Positions 27,668 to 39,515 of a stretch of 64,000 nt of DNA are shown here, piece after piece. Within the stretch, counting starts at the first letter, position 1, and the number at the start of each line of letters is the position of its first letter. This stretch comes from Carcharhinus amblyrhynchos (taxonomy: Eukaryota). The stretch covers positions 91,512,001 through 91,576,000 of the forward strand of contig OZ336874.1 in NCBI GenBank assembly GCA_965287045.1, in the 5' to 3' direction. The position numbers were made by a program, and so were the translations under genes. The notes under the pieces are model-generated. The model saw only the letters and a program-made list of their open reading frames with translations, searched no databases and was not told where the DNA came from.

Positions 27668-28514
27668 AACACTGATATCAGATTGTGCTCACCACTCACA
27701 AAATATTGGCAGATCTGAGGGAAATTCATTCAATCTGGTTTCAGGCAGATCACTTAAGGCATTTAGCATCTGTTAAATGAAAGTCTGCAAATTTATAGCT
27801 ATGAGAGGGGGCATGTGGTCCGAGAGCCGCAATCTGTTATCACACAAAAGCAGCAATGAAGGCCCAAGAGAAATTAAGTTCTCCACTAACAGAGCTCAAA
27901 TTATTCCATTACATTGATGTCCGTGTGCCACAGAAAGCTGCTGATTATTTCACGTTGTTGCACCAAATCTGACATTCCAATTTGAATGCGAGATTTCAGA
28001 TTGTCACAGTTACTTGGTGATAGTTTAACAGTAATATTAAAGGCCGGTTAAATTGCAAGTACTGTAAATCTTGTTGGGATTTTCGATAGTCTGAATAACT
28101 GGTCAACTTACTGGGCTATTGACTCACACAGCTGATCATTCCCTCCCTGCTGCCTCTCTGGCTGTGACATTGAATCATCAGGCTGGTTGTCAAGTGAGAA
28201 ACCTGCTGAAAGGATTTAAAGAGCAGCTTGCTGCTAATTTCAGCAGAATGTCCGGGAAGCCATTATTTCTGGGTTGCTCATCCAGAAATTTCCCCACCGC
28301 CTCTTCTCTTCCTCTGCACACTGTCACACCTGTGCAATAATACCTGCTGATTTCTGGAAAATTGGCATTTTATTTTCATAAACAAAATGGGGAATGAACC
28401 AGTTTTGAAACAAGCTGGAGCTGAGCGGCCAGATGACCTCACTGCCAATATCCGAAGCTGCTTTTCTGGACCGGACATTAAATTGCAAATGACCCTTTAG
28501 GACATTCCATTGAG

Positions 28515-29100
28515 AAGACAAAGAACAAAAAACAAAACCAAGTATAGCACAGCAACAAGCCCTTCAGCCCTCCAAACCTGTGCCGATCACAATGCTAACA
28601 AAACTAAAAATAATTGTCTGCCCTTACTCAGTCCATATCCCTCTGTTCCCTCCCTATTCATGTACCCAACCAGATGCCTGTTAAATGTTGCTAATGTGCC
28701 TGCTTCCACCACTCCTCTGGCAGCATGTTCCAGGACTCACCATCCTCTACATGAAAAGCTTTCCCCACACATTTCCCTTCAACTTTCCCCCTCTCAACTT
28801 GAACCTGTGTCCCCTTTGTAATTCACAGTCCCACCCTGGGAAAAAGCCTGTGACTATCCACCCTGTCCATGCCTCTCGTCATTTTTGTAGCCCTCTATCA
28901 GATCTCCCCTCAGCCTCCATCTTTCCAGTGAAAACAATCCTAGTTTATTCAACCTCGCCTCATAATAACACCCTCAAGACCAGACAACATCCTGATGAAT
29001 GTTCTTTGCATTCTGTCCAAAGCTTCCACACCCTTCTGTGGTGTGATGGCCAGAACAGCATGCAATACTTCAAGTGCGGTCTAACCAAACCAAAGTTTTA
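28515..29100 (-). mobile_element. CR1 3' end with (ttctttg)n-type tail and short 3' UTR
   Basis: aaagaacaaa tail followed closely by the reverse-complemented ORF2 end. Confidence 0.85.
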
Positions 29101-29269
29101 CGTAAGAAATATAAATTCAACACATATGTCTTGTGGGTTTAATGGCTGCTGCTCATTCACAATGGCCTTGCAGACTTCTTGGCAATAGAAAGGAATTCCA
29201 CAGAATGGCTGAGAGTAGAACTCATTTCAGATAGCTGAAACTCAAACTTTGTTGTGTGTCAACAAACAG

Positions 29270-29493
29270 TTAGTCCTGTACCTGTTCAGGTAAACTGAGG
29301 GAGAATTTAGCACGGTCAATGTACCTAACCAGAATGTCTTTCAGATTGTAGGAGGAAACCAGAGCACCTGGAGGAAACCCACGCAGACATGGGGAGAATG
29401 TGCAAATTCCACACAGACAGTGACCCAAGCCAGGAATTGGACCTGGGTCCCTGGGGCTATGAGGCAGCAGTGCTAACCACTGTGCCACCACGT
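29270..29493 (-). mobile_element. V-SINE, alternative-tail subfamily (tail truncated)
   Basis: V core followed by aaattctccctcagtttacctgaacagg, as in 31172-31466. Confidence 0.85.
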
Positions 29494-29504
29494 TGCTCCA
29501 CTTG

Positions 29505-29990
29505 AATGTTGCTTCTGGTCACTACACTTTAGGAAGGATGGGACGGTCCATGACAGGGCAGGAGGAGATTTACCAGACTAGTTGCAGAGATGGGGATTTG
29601 AGCTGCAAGGTCAGATTAGGCAGGTTGGAGTTGTTCTCCATATAGAAAAGAAGATTGAGGGGAGAGTTGATAGAGGTTTAGATAAGGCAGGCAAGGAAAA
29701 GCTACTCATGGTATAAGACTAGGAGACACAGATGTAAAATTTTGAGCAGGAAATGTGGAGAGATAGTGAGGATGAAAGTTTATTTACACAGAGAGTGGTA
29801 ATAAACTGAATTTGCTACCTACAAGGTTCGTGGAATTGGAGAAAACCAATGATTTCAAAAGAATATTCGATGGGCACTTGAGGGAAACACTCAGGGCTAA
29901 GGAGATAGAGGGTAGGAATGGGACTGTCTGGATTGCACTACAGAGAGCTGGCATGGACCCAGTGAACTGAATGGCCTCCTTTTGTACTTT
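29505..29990 (+). mobile_element. Degraded CR1 3' end
   Basis: ttctggtcactacactttaggaaggatg...ggagttgttctcc...atggcctcctt. Confidence 0.75.
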
Positions 29991-31171
29991 AATAACCCCA
30001 TGGACTAAATTTTACTCTCCCACACTGACAAGTATGAAGGCGGAGACATGTGTGATGCCATGGATAATTTGTTTGCTGTTTACCCACCTGCCCTTACCCC
30101 CAACACAATTATACCATTGGCTGGGGAGGCATCAAGCAGCCTATCTGTCACTGGGCTAATTGAAGCCTTGAAGTGCATCGTTCATGCTCACAAGAGTCTC
30201 TTCCCTCTGTTTCTGGAATTTAACTGCCAAACACCTAGAGCTTTTCTCTTTGCAGGCTGGATGAGGCAGCCCTCCTTAACAGGTCCCCTGGGCCAATCAC
30301 AGGGCACCCTCACAGTTTTCTCAACCGCAGGTTCCCCTCCTACCCTGGCTTTTCAGAATTCTGTCAAAGAATCATATGGATTCTCCAGCATTTTCTGCTT
30401 TATTTTTCAAAACCTGGCCCTCTCTCCCCATTCACCACGAGCCTTATCGAATCCTGATCCAGCACTGAGTGCCTCTTCCAGATATCTGGGTGCATTATCA
30501 GCGGTGACCATCACTCCCAATGACCCTGCCAATACTGGAGTCTCTGACTGGCTGGCACATCTCTGAGGTGGGAATTCTTGTTCCTGAGAGGAGCATTTCT
30601 CTCTCAACTCACTTAATAGCCAACCATTAAATTGAGCATCGGTGGGCTCACCCCTAACCATGCGGGAAAGTGATGGAGTGTGACACCTTGTAAGACCCAT
30701 GGCTTTCTGGTATAGCAGTTCAGTTTGAAACATGCTAAGTTAGAAGAAACATTTGCTACAACTAAAATACTGAAGCATGCGATTCCTTAGAAAGGAATTC
30801 TGTCATTGATACCAGTTTTATTAAGTTTACTGTGCCATCGTGCCACCCCAATGTAGTATTCGCTAACTGTAACATCAGTGTGATAATTCATTCATGCTTC
30901 TGAAGCAGGTATGAGCCACTTAGCCAGTGTGAGTGTGCTTACATTGTGCTGTGCCTGATAGTTAAAAGACCACAGCCGTTTGCCAACAGTTTGCCACTTT
31001 AGTCAAATGTATATACCTTTGGTGATTTTATCCTGACTTTCATAAAGAATGGCTTTCTATTCAATTCATCCATTCAGGAAAAATTATAACTGCTTTCTTC
31101 CCCGCAACCACCCCATCACAACTCATTTATTTCTACCTCCACAAACTGGAAAACCTTTCTGATATTTGTTT

Positions 31172-31466
31172 AAATTTATTTATTAGTGTCGCACTAGGCT
31201 TAGATTAACGCTGCAATTAAGTTACTGTGAAAATCCTCTAGTCACCACACTTCAGCGCCTATTCGGGTACACTGAGAGAGAATTTAGCATGGCCAATGCA
31301 CCTAACCAGCACGTCTTTCGGAATGTGGGACGAAACCGGAGGAAACGCACACAGACACAGGGCGAAGGTGCAAACTCTGCGCAAAGTGACCCAAGCCAGG
31401 AATCGAACCCAGTTCCCCGGCACTATGAGGGCGCAGTGCTTATCACTGTGCCACCATGCCACTCCC
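31172..31466 (-). mobile_element. V-SINE with non-CR1 (Rex/Babar-like) tail
   Basis: Head and V core, then ...ttttcacagtaac...tgcgacactaataaataaa on the - strand. Confidence 0.85.
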
Positions 31467-32208
31467 ACCCTGAGTTTATCACTCCTCGCGTAACAAACTG
31501 CTTCCGTAGTGAACTATTTTAGGCAGTTCATACAAATGTTCCGTTGCCTTTATGTCAGAAAAGCAGTATTCCACATTTATTATTCCAATTAAATTTAGCA
31601 TTTTGTGCTGAATTTCTTCAGGAATTCTATTGATCAGGTGGAAATTGGAGAGAAATGGTGGCAACCTGGTTTTTCCAGTGCTAAACTATTGTTTTGAAAA
31701 GTGGCAGCGTCAGCATCTCGTCAAAGCAGAGTCAATCAATGGAGTGAGGGATTGAATTAATGAGCCATTGAATAATTACAGTGTGTTTTGTTCTGAGAGA
31801 ACCCTGCCCAGAAAGGTTTTAAAATTTAACTTAATATAAATGGCGTGCAGTCTGTCATTTTTTATGTAACACTGCATATTAACTTAGATTTGCTGTGTAA
31901 TTGGAAGGCAATGGCTGCAGAAAGGCAAATGTGAAAACGTCTCTCATCCAATTGGAAAATAAACCAAATAATTTGTGAGGAATCCAATATTTTCTGGGCT
32001 ACATGTACTCACTCCCCTCGTAAACAAATTTTATTCCATCAGAATTTTATTAGCTGCCAATGTTGGCCATTAGTTTAAAGTAGAACAGAATGTCCATTAA
32101 TTTTCTGACTAGTTTAATCAACAATGTTATTTTGCTTTACTTGTCTGCTCTTTATTCTGCCCATAAGTTAACAAGGTCAGTGAATGCATCTTCAATTAAC
32201 TATCCAAC

Positions 32209-33002
32209 TGATTTGATTTGATTTGATTTATTATTGTTACATATATGAGTATATAGTGAAAACTATTGTTTCTTGCATGCAATACAAACAAGGCATACCA
32301 CTCATAGAGAAGGAAAGGAGAGAATGCAGAATGTAGTGTTACAGTCAGGGTGTAAAGAAAGATCAACTTAATGTAAGGTAGATCCATTCAAAAATCTGAT
32401 GGCAGCAGGGAAGAAGCTGTTCTTGAGTTAGTTGATACATGTCCTCAGACTTTTATGTCTTCTGTATCTTTCTCCCAACAGAAGAAGATGAAAGAGAATA
32501 TTTCCAGGGTCCTTAATTATGCTGGCTGCTTTTTTGAGACAGCAGGAAGTGTAGACAAAGTCAATGGATAGGAGGCTGGTCTGTGTCATGGATTGGGCTA
32601 CATTCACGAGGTTTTGTAGTTTCCTGTGGTCTTGGGCAGAGCAGGAGCCATACGAAGTTGTGATACAACCAGAATTACAGAAATGTAATTTATATAATTT
32701 ATATATAATTATATATAATTACGGAAAGAAAGGTGCATCTGTAAATGGTGGTGAGAGTCGTAGCTGACATGCTAAATTTCCTTAGTCTTCTGAGAAAATA
32801 AAGTCTTTCTTAACTATAGTGTCGGACTGAGGGGACCAGGACAGGTCGTTGGTGATCTGGACACCTAAAAACCTGAAGCTCTTGACCATTTTTGCTTCGT
32901 CCCCATTGATGTAGACAGGGGCGTGTTCTCCATTATGATTCCTGAAGTCAATAGCTATCTCTTTTGTTTTGTTGTCATTGAGGCAGAGATTATTGTTGTC
33001 AA
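32209..33002 (-). mobile_element. Rex1/Babar-type LINE 3' portion
   Basis: NNLCLNDNKTKEIAIDFR...VKSFRFLGVQITNDLSWS and a (gattt)n tail. Confidence 0.85.
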
Positions 33003-34635
33003 CTAGTAGTGTTGTCAACTATTGTAGTGAACAATGCCACTGATCTCACAACTGCTGAATGCACCACTTCTCCATCACTCACCAACCAATAATCTTTATC
33101 AGTCAGGGCCCATACATAACTTCACCTGAAGGCTGCTGTAAACCTCATACCACATCCAACTGCTCGCGCACGCTGCCAGCTATTCAGCCGTGACCGCCAC
33201 ATCAGTCAAAGCATATTGCACAAAACTCACTGACCCACTTGCATCTTTCTTGCAGGAAGGTGGTGCCCAACAGGAAGCATCAGGAGTGGGACAGGAACAA
33301 GCATGCCTGTATGTCTTATCCCCCATTGAGGTGGCAGGTTTAATTATTGTAATGTCATAATGAATATTTTTCATTTTTCCTATGGATTTTAATATGAAAA
33401 TTTACTCCACTATCTGAATGAAAAGTTTTTGATTGCTTTTTTCTGTAAGAGACTGCATACAAATTGACCCTTCAAAGGATGTGTTATTTAAATAACTGTA
33501 AGGTCATACTATTCGGAGCTGAAGTATATTGAAATTTGAAAGAAAATGAGAGGGCTCATAGAAAAGTCCAATGTAATTTTGTATTATCACCTCGGAAACT
33601 AAAGGAAGATTTGCTTCTGCTCTGTGAGAAGGCTTGTGGTATGTTTGGGTAAAATCTTAGATCCATAATCCTTTTATCTTTTAATCCATTCTAGCTTTTC
33701 AGCGTTAACTATATATAGATTATTGTAAGCACAGGAATATGTTGTACAAGCCTGTTAATGGATCAAACTGTACTGAAGGAAATATCCCTCAGCTTACAAA
33801 GCAGGCGTATCTTCTAGGCATGTGCATATTAAGGACACACGATAAGGAGCAGTAAAATGTCCAGTTTATTTTATGAATGGGGACCTGGTTATGACTGAAC
33901 AACACTCAAAGGTGTATCAGATGTGGTATGCTCTGGTTTTCCACCGTGTACCCTTTTAAGAAACAAACCGTGGAAATAAAATGTCCTATATTGTTAAATG
34001 TATATTTTGCATTAGAATTATCAAGCACTTGACTTAACGTCATATGAAGTCTCCTTTAAGAGGAGAGGTGGCCATTGGGAGCTGAGGGTGGATGTGGTGA
34101 ATGTTTACTTTAATTCACTGTAAAAATTGTGCCATTTTGTGAAAAGCTATAATTTGTAGCCTCATTCAATATAGTGTCAAGTAAACAGCAGAATTATTTA
34201 AAATTATGAATTTATACAAGACAGTGGACAGATTATGAGCAATAATTTATATTCACCCACGCTATAATCTTTACAATTTTGAACGAGTGGTGTTCAGAGC
34301 TTTTCAATCTAAAATGCCACACGCTCAGAGTCTCCTGCGAATATCGCTACTATTCCTGGGATTCCTTGGCAATTTTGACATTTTTTCTATGACAATACTG
34401 GGATATACTGATAGGATATCTCTAATACCCAGATAAAGTGCCATTCCCCAAGGGAAAATATAACACGTTTTTTTCTCACTGGATAAAATAATATGCTGGC
34501 ATTAATTTGAAAACTCCACCCCTCTCCTCCCGACACTCAAAGCCAAGGATTATCTCAAACACCCTATAATGAAAATCAGTGCTCACCAAGCTTTAGTTCT
34601 GCACTAAAGGGCGGCCTCAACTGGGATTTTGGCTC

Positions 34636-35011
34636 ATGTTACACTGTCCGTAATCCCCATGACATGCCTGGGCTTGCAAAATCTCACTAACTGTCCAGGC
34701 TGGAGACAATACACATCTCTTTAACCTATGCTTAATGTTATCTCCACTCACATTGTCTGTACCTTTAAGACTTGATTACTTGTAAAGATTCGCATTCCAA
34801 CCATTATCTTGTAAATTGAGTTTGTGTCTGTATATGCCCTGTTGGTGAATGCAACTCCTCACTCACCTGAAGGAAAAATGAGACTCTGAAAGCTTGTGCT
34901 ACCAAATAAACCTGTTGGACTTTAACCTGGTATTGTGAGACCTGTTGGACTTTAACCTGGTGTTGTGAGACTTCTTACTGTGCTTACCCCAGTCCAATGC
35001 CGGCATCTCCA
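34636..35011 (+). mobile_element. Penelope-like element terminal repeat with decayed hammerhead-like core and a 30 bp tandem duplication (34911-34970)
   Basis: cacctgaagg...ctctgaaagcttgtg...aataaacctgttggactttaacctgg. Family assignment is from recall of vertebrate PLE ends. Confidence 0.6.
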
Positions 35012-35904
35012 ACTTAAGCTTTGGAGCAGGCCAATTTCTGGCTGAGTACAGATCAAACCTAGTTTTGTTGGATTAAAATATATTTCCTAAAGGGTCCAAG
35101 CTAAAACAAAGCAGAAAATTTGGGAAGGTGATTTTCTATTTTGTTTCACCTCAGTTTCCTTCTTCCTGTTCTCTCCTGAAGATGTTGACTTTCCCATCCT
35201 GTGGTTTCATGTCCACCAGCTGCAGGCCAATCGCTTTATATATTTTTCTTCAGTAATTTTTATTTATGTCTTTGACAGTGATTACCGCTTGGCTATCTCA
35301 TTATGTTGAACATCACAGCTGAGTCCATTTCACTCTTTGTCCAGTATCCAGGTGTATTTCTAGTCAGGCCTACTCTTGGCTATCAGAAGCAGAAATTCTG
35401 ACCACAATTCCTTTTCTTAGTTCAGGTGTCCTGCCACAATTATCACTTTCTTACTAGCTGAAATCAACCAACAAGGAATCAAGAAAATAAGGCTTTCCAG
35501 ACATAGGTTACATGGTTCAAAACCTTGCCTTCTGAGGTTTAAATTGTTATTTTTCAGTTGTATGTAATTTTGACTCTATAACCGATCCAATAATAGAATG
35601 TGCCATTAATAAGGAAATATTGAGTGATTTCCTTTTATAAGTGCAATAACTATTTCTGATCAAAATCACACAATTTAGAGTGTTATTGATGAAAAAATAG
35701 GTTTTTAAAGCATGATCCATATGGCCGATATAAACAGGCAGTCATATGGGAGCACTATTTCTAATGAAAAACACTTCAGAATGATTTATTATGTCATAGG
35801 ACAGTCAACGATTTCTTAGTGAGCATGTTCTTATTACTTTTCAGTACATCAGTGCAACTTCTTTCTTCCTTTGGTATGTAACAACTTCACCAAGTTGTCA
35901 TATA

Positions 35905-36040
35905 TGGTGGGATTTTCTGGCCACACACACTGCAAAATGGAAATTCCCGCCGAGGTCAATGGACCTTTAAATGATCCGCCAAATTTTCTGTCCCGCCTGC
36001 TATGCTTCCTGCAGCAGACAGGAAAGAAAAATTCCACCCC
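35905..36040. mobile_element. MITE with inverted ends
   Basis: ggtgggattttc ... gaaaaattccaccc. Relatives at 5112-5245, 43913-44119, 52093-52211 and 56971-57093. Confidence 0.65.
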
Positions 36041-36329
36041 TCATTTTAGTTATGCATGGTGCTACACCTGGCAAGCCCTCCTCCATCGATCCAGGGTTGA
36101 TTCCCTGGCTTACTGGTAATGTAAGGTGTATAGGGCCATGAGGTTACAGATTGTAGTTGAATCCATTTCTGCTGTTGCTGATGGCCCACAGATCCTCATA
36201 GATACCCAGTTTTGAGCTGCTAGATCTATTCTGGATCTTTCCCATTTAGCAGAGTGGTTGTGCCACACAACAATATGGACAATATCGCATGTGTTATCGC
36301 ATGTGCAATATCGCGAAGGTTCTTCTGAG

Positions 36330-36896
36330 CAGCCAACGGCTAAATTAAAAAAAAAAAGAACCTCAAAGGTAATGGTCTTAGGATTACTACCTGACACATG
36401 AGCAAATTGGCAAAGAACAACTAAGATTAGAGAGTTAAATGCATGGCTCTAAGATTGCTGCAGGAGATATGTATTTCAATTCAGTGGGAAACTTGCACCA
36501 GTACTGGGGAAGGTAGGAGCTGTACCATTGGGATGATCTTCCCCTGAATCAGGCTATGACCAGTGTCCTGACGAATTGTGTAACTAGAGTGGAAGAGTGG
36601 GCTTTAAACTAAATAGTGACAGTGAGGGAAAGGGTTTGGAAAGATGATAAATTGAACAGAGGAGACAAGGTAAGTGAGCAAGGTAGCAATAAGGAAAAAT
36701 GATAATTAGAATGTGGCAGGAAGGTCAGAGTGTACAAATCTAAGAGTGCACCAGCAAATAAGATTAGAGGTTTTAAAGATAGTAAAAATTCAGAACCCTA
36801 TATCTGAATCATTTCCAACAAAATAGGTGAATTGGCAACTCAAATAGAAATAAATGTGTATGATCTGATAAGCCATTACAGGGACATAGCTGCAAG
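36330..36896 (+). mobile_element. CR1 ORF1 (SGNH esterase-like) remnant and start of ORF2
   Basis: RTSKVMVLGLLP...KIRELNAWL...ELYHWDDLPLN, resembling the DGLHLN esterase motif, followed by YDLIAIT. Confidence 0.7.
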
Positions 36897-37634
36897 ATGA
36901 CCATGACCAGGCAATGACCTTCTCCAGAAAGACAGAATCTAACCATCGACCCTTCACATTCAATGGCATTACCCATCACTGAATTCTTTGCTATCATCGT
37001 TCTAGGGGTTAACATTGACCAGAAACTCTGCTGGAGTAGCCATATAAATACTGTGGCTACAAGAGCAGGTCAGAGGTTAGGAATCTTGGGGCAAATAACT
37101 CACTTCCTGTTTTCCAGCAAAACTCAAAGAAAACTCAACACCATCCAGGACAAAGCAGCCCATGTGGTTGGTACACTTTCCACAAACATTCATTCCCTCC
37201 ATCACTGACACACAGTGGCTATACCAACATTTATTGCCCATCCCTAGTTGCCCATGAGAAGATGGTGGTAAGCTGCCTTCTTGAACTTCTGCAGTCCCTA
37301 AGGTGTAGGTGCACCCACTGTGCTGTTAGGGAAGGATTTCCAGGATTTTGACCCAGTGACAGTGAAGGAATGGCGATATATTTCCTATTCAGAATGGTGA
37401 GTGACTTAATGGAGAATCTCTAGGTGGTGGTGTTCCCTGGTATCTGCCTCTCTTGTCCTTGGAAGTGGCTTGGAAGGTGCTGTCTAAGGAACCTTGGTGT
37501 TTTCCTGGGGTGCATCTTATAGATGGTATACGGAGCTGCCATTGTTCGTTGGAGGTGGAAGGATTGAATATATTTGGGGAAGGGGTGGCAATCAAATGGG
37601 CTGGTTTGTTTTGGATGGTGTCAAACGTGTTTTT

Positions 37635-38066
37635 TGATTTGATTTATTATTGTCACATGTATTGGGATGCAGTGAAAAGTATTGTTTCTTGCGCACTATA
37701 CAGACAAAACATAGAGTACATAGGGAAGAAGGGAAGGAGAGGGTGCAGAATATAGTGTTATAGTCATAGCTAGGGTGCAGAGAACGATAAGTGAAAGATA
37801 TATGATAGGTCCATTCAAAAGTCTGATGGCAGCCGGTATGAAGTTGTTATTGAGTCAGTCGGTATGTGAGCTCAGACTTTTGTATCATTTTCCCGACAGA
37901 AGAAGGTGGAAGAGAGAATGTCCAGAGTGTGTGAGATCCTTGATTATGCTGTTTTTCCAAGGCAGAGGAAAGCGTAGGCAAAGTCAATGGGTGGGACGCT
38001 GATTTGCTTGATGGACTGGGTTATGTTGACAACCCTTTATAGGTTCTTGCGGTCTTGGTCAGAACA
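37635..38066 (-). mobile_element. Rex1/Babar-type LINE 3' end
   Basis: Same tail and body as the copies at 7909 and 32209. Confidence 0.8.
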
Positions 38067-38069
38067 GTG

Positions 38070-39515
38070 ATAAGGTTTCAACTATTTACAATTTATATCA
38101 ATGACTTGGATAAAGGGGCTGAATGTATGATTGTTAAATTTTCTGATGATATGAAGATAGGTATAAGTCGTGACGAGAACAAGAATTTTCAAAGAGATGA
38201 TGTTGACAGATGAAGTGAATGGGCAAAAAATTGGCAGGTGGAGTATAATGTGGAAAAATGTGAACTTGTCCGTTTTGGCAGGAAGAATAGAAAAACAATA
38301 TTATTTAATGGAGAGAAATTGCAGAACTCTGAGCTACAGAGGGGTCTAGGGATTCTAGTACATGAAATTGGCCCTGGAGGGAGTGCAGAGGAGGTTTACT
38401 AGGCTGATACCGGAGTTGAGGGGATTGAGCTATGAGGAGAGGCTGAATAAACTAGGCTTGTACTCGTTAGAGTTTAGAAGAATGAGGGGAGATCTCATTG
38501 AGACGTATAAGATGATGAATGGGATGGATAGGATAGAGGTGGAGAGACTCTTCCCGCTCAAAAAAGACAGTAGGACTAGGGGGCACAGCCTCAAGATAAA
38601 GGGGAGGCGGTTTAGAACGGAGTTGAGGAGGAACTTCTTCACTCAAAGGGTGGTGAATCTCTGGAATTCTCTGCCCGTTGAAGTGGTGGAGGCTGCCTCG
38701 CTAAATATTTTTAAGAAGCGGGTTGATGGGTTCTTGATAAGAGAGGGGATTAAGGGTTATGGGGAGAGGGCAGGAAAGTGGAACTGAGCCACAACAGATC
38801 AGCCATGATCTTATTGAATGGCGGGGCAGGCTCGAAGGGCTAGATGGCCTACTCCTGCTCCTATTTCTTATGTTCTTATGTTCTTATGAATCATAAGAAG
38901 TTAGTACATAGTGACAGCAAGTGATTCAGATGGCCAATGGGATGTTATCATTTTGCTACAGTTACTGCAGGGTGTTGGTGAGAGTACATCTGGTTACTGT
39001 ATAGAGTTTTGGTCTTTTATTTGAGATAAGATAAAAATGCATTGAAGCAGCTCAGAGAAGGTTCGCCTGACAGCTACCTGAAATGGGGAGGTTATCTTAT
39101 GAGGAAAGGTTAGACAGGCTGGGCCAGTATCCATTGGCGTTCATAAGAACAAGAGATGATCCTATTAAAATATACATGATCCTGAAGGGACTTGACATAG
39201 TGGATGCTGAAGGAACGATTCCCCTTGTGGGAGACACCACACATAAGGGACATAGTTTCAAAGAAGGGGTCTCCCATTTAAGATGGAGATGAACAGAATT
39301 ATTTTCTCTCAGAAGCTCATGAGTCTGTGGAACTCCCTTTTGCAGAGAGCAATGGAGGCAGGGTCAATGAAAACTTTTAAGACAGAGATAGATTTTCAAC
39401 CAACAAGGGTGTCAAAGGCTGTCTGGAGTAGGCAGGAATGAGGAGATGAGATTACAATCACATCAGCCATGATCTTATTGAATGGCAGAGCCAGGTTCAA
39501 GGGCCTACTCCTGTG
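38070..39515 (+). mobile_element. Old CR1 containing a young CR1 insertion at 38367-38885
   Basis: The young copy has an open ORF2 end, a (ttcttatg)n tail and TSD ATGAA (38362-38366 / 38886-38890). The old copy continues on both sides. Confidence 0.92.

Noticed and set aside
32675-32722. AT-rich quasi-palindrome
   Set aside because: Simple (TA)-rich slippage insertion in a Rex/Babar copy.
34911-34970. CRISPR-like 30 bp direct repeat
   Set aside because: Two adjacent copies with no spacer in vertebrate repeat DNA, so a simple tandem duplication.
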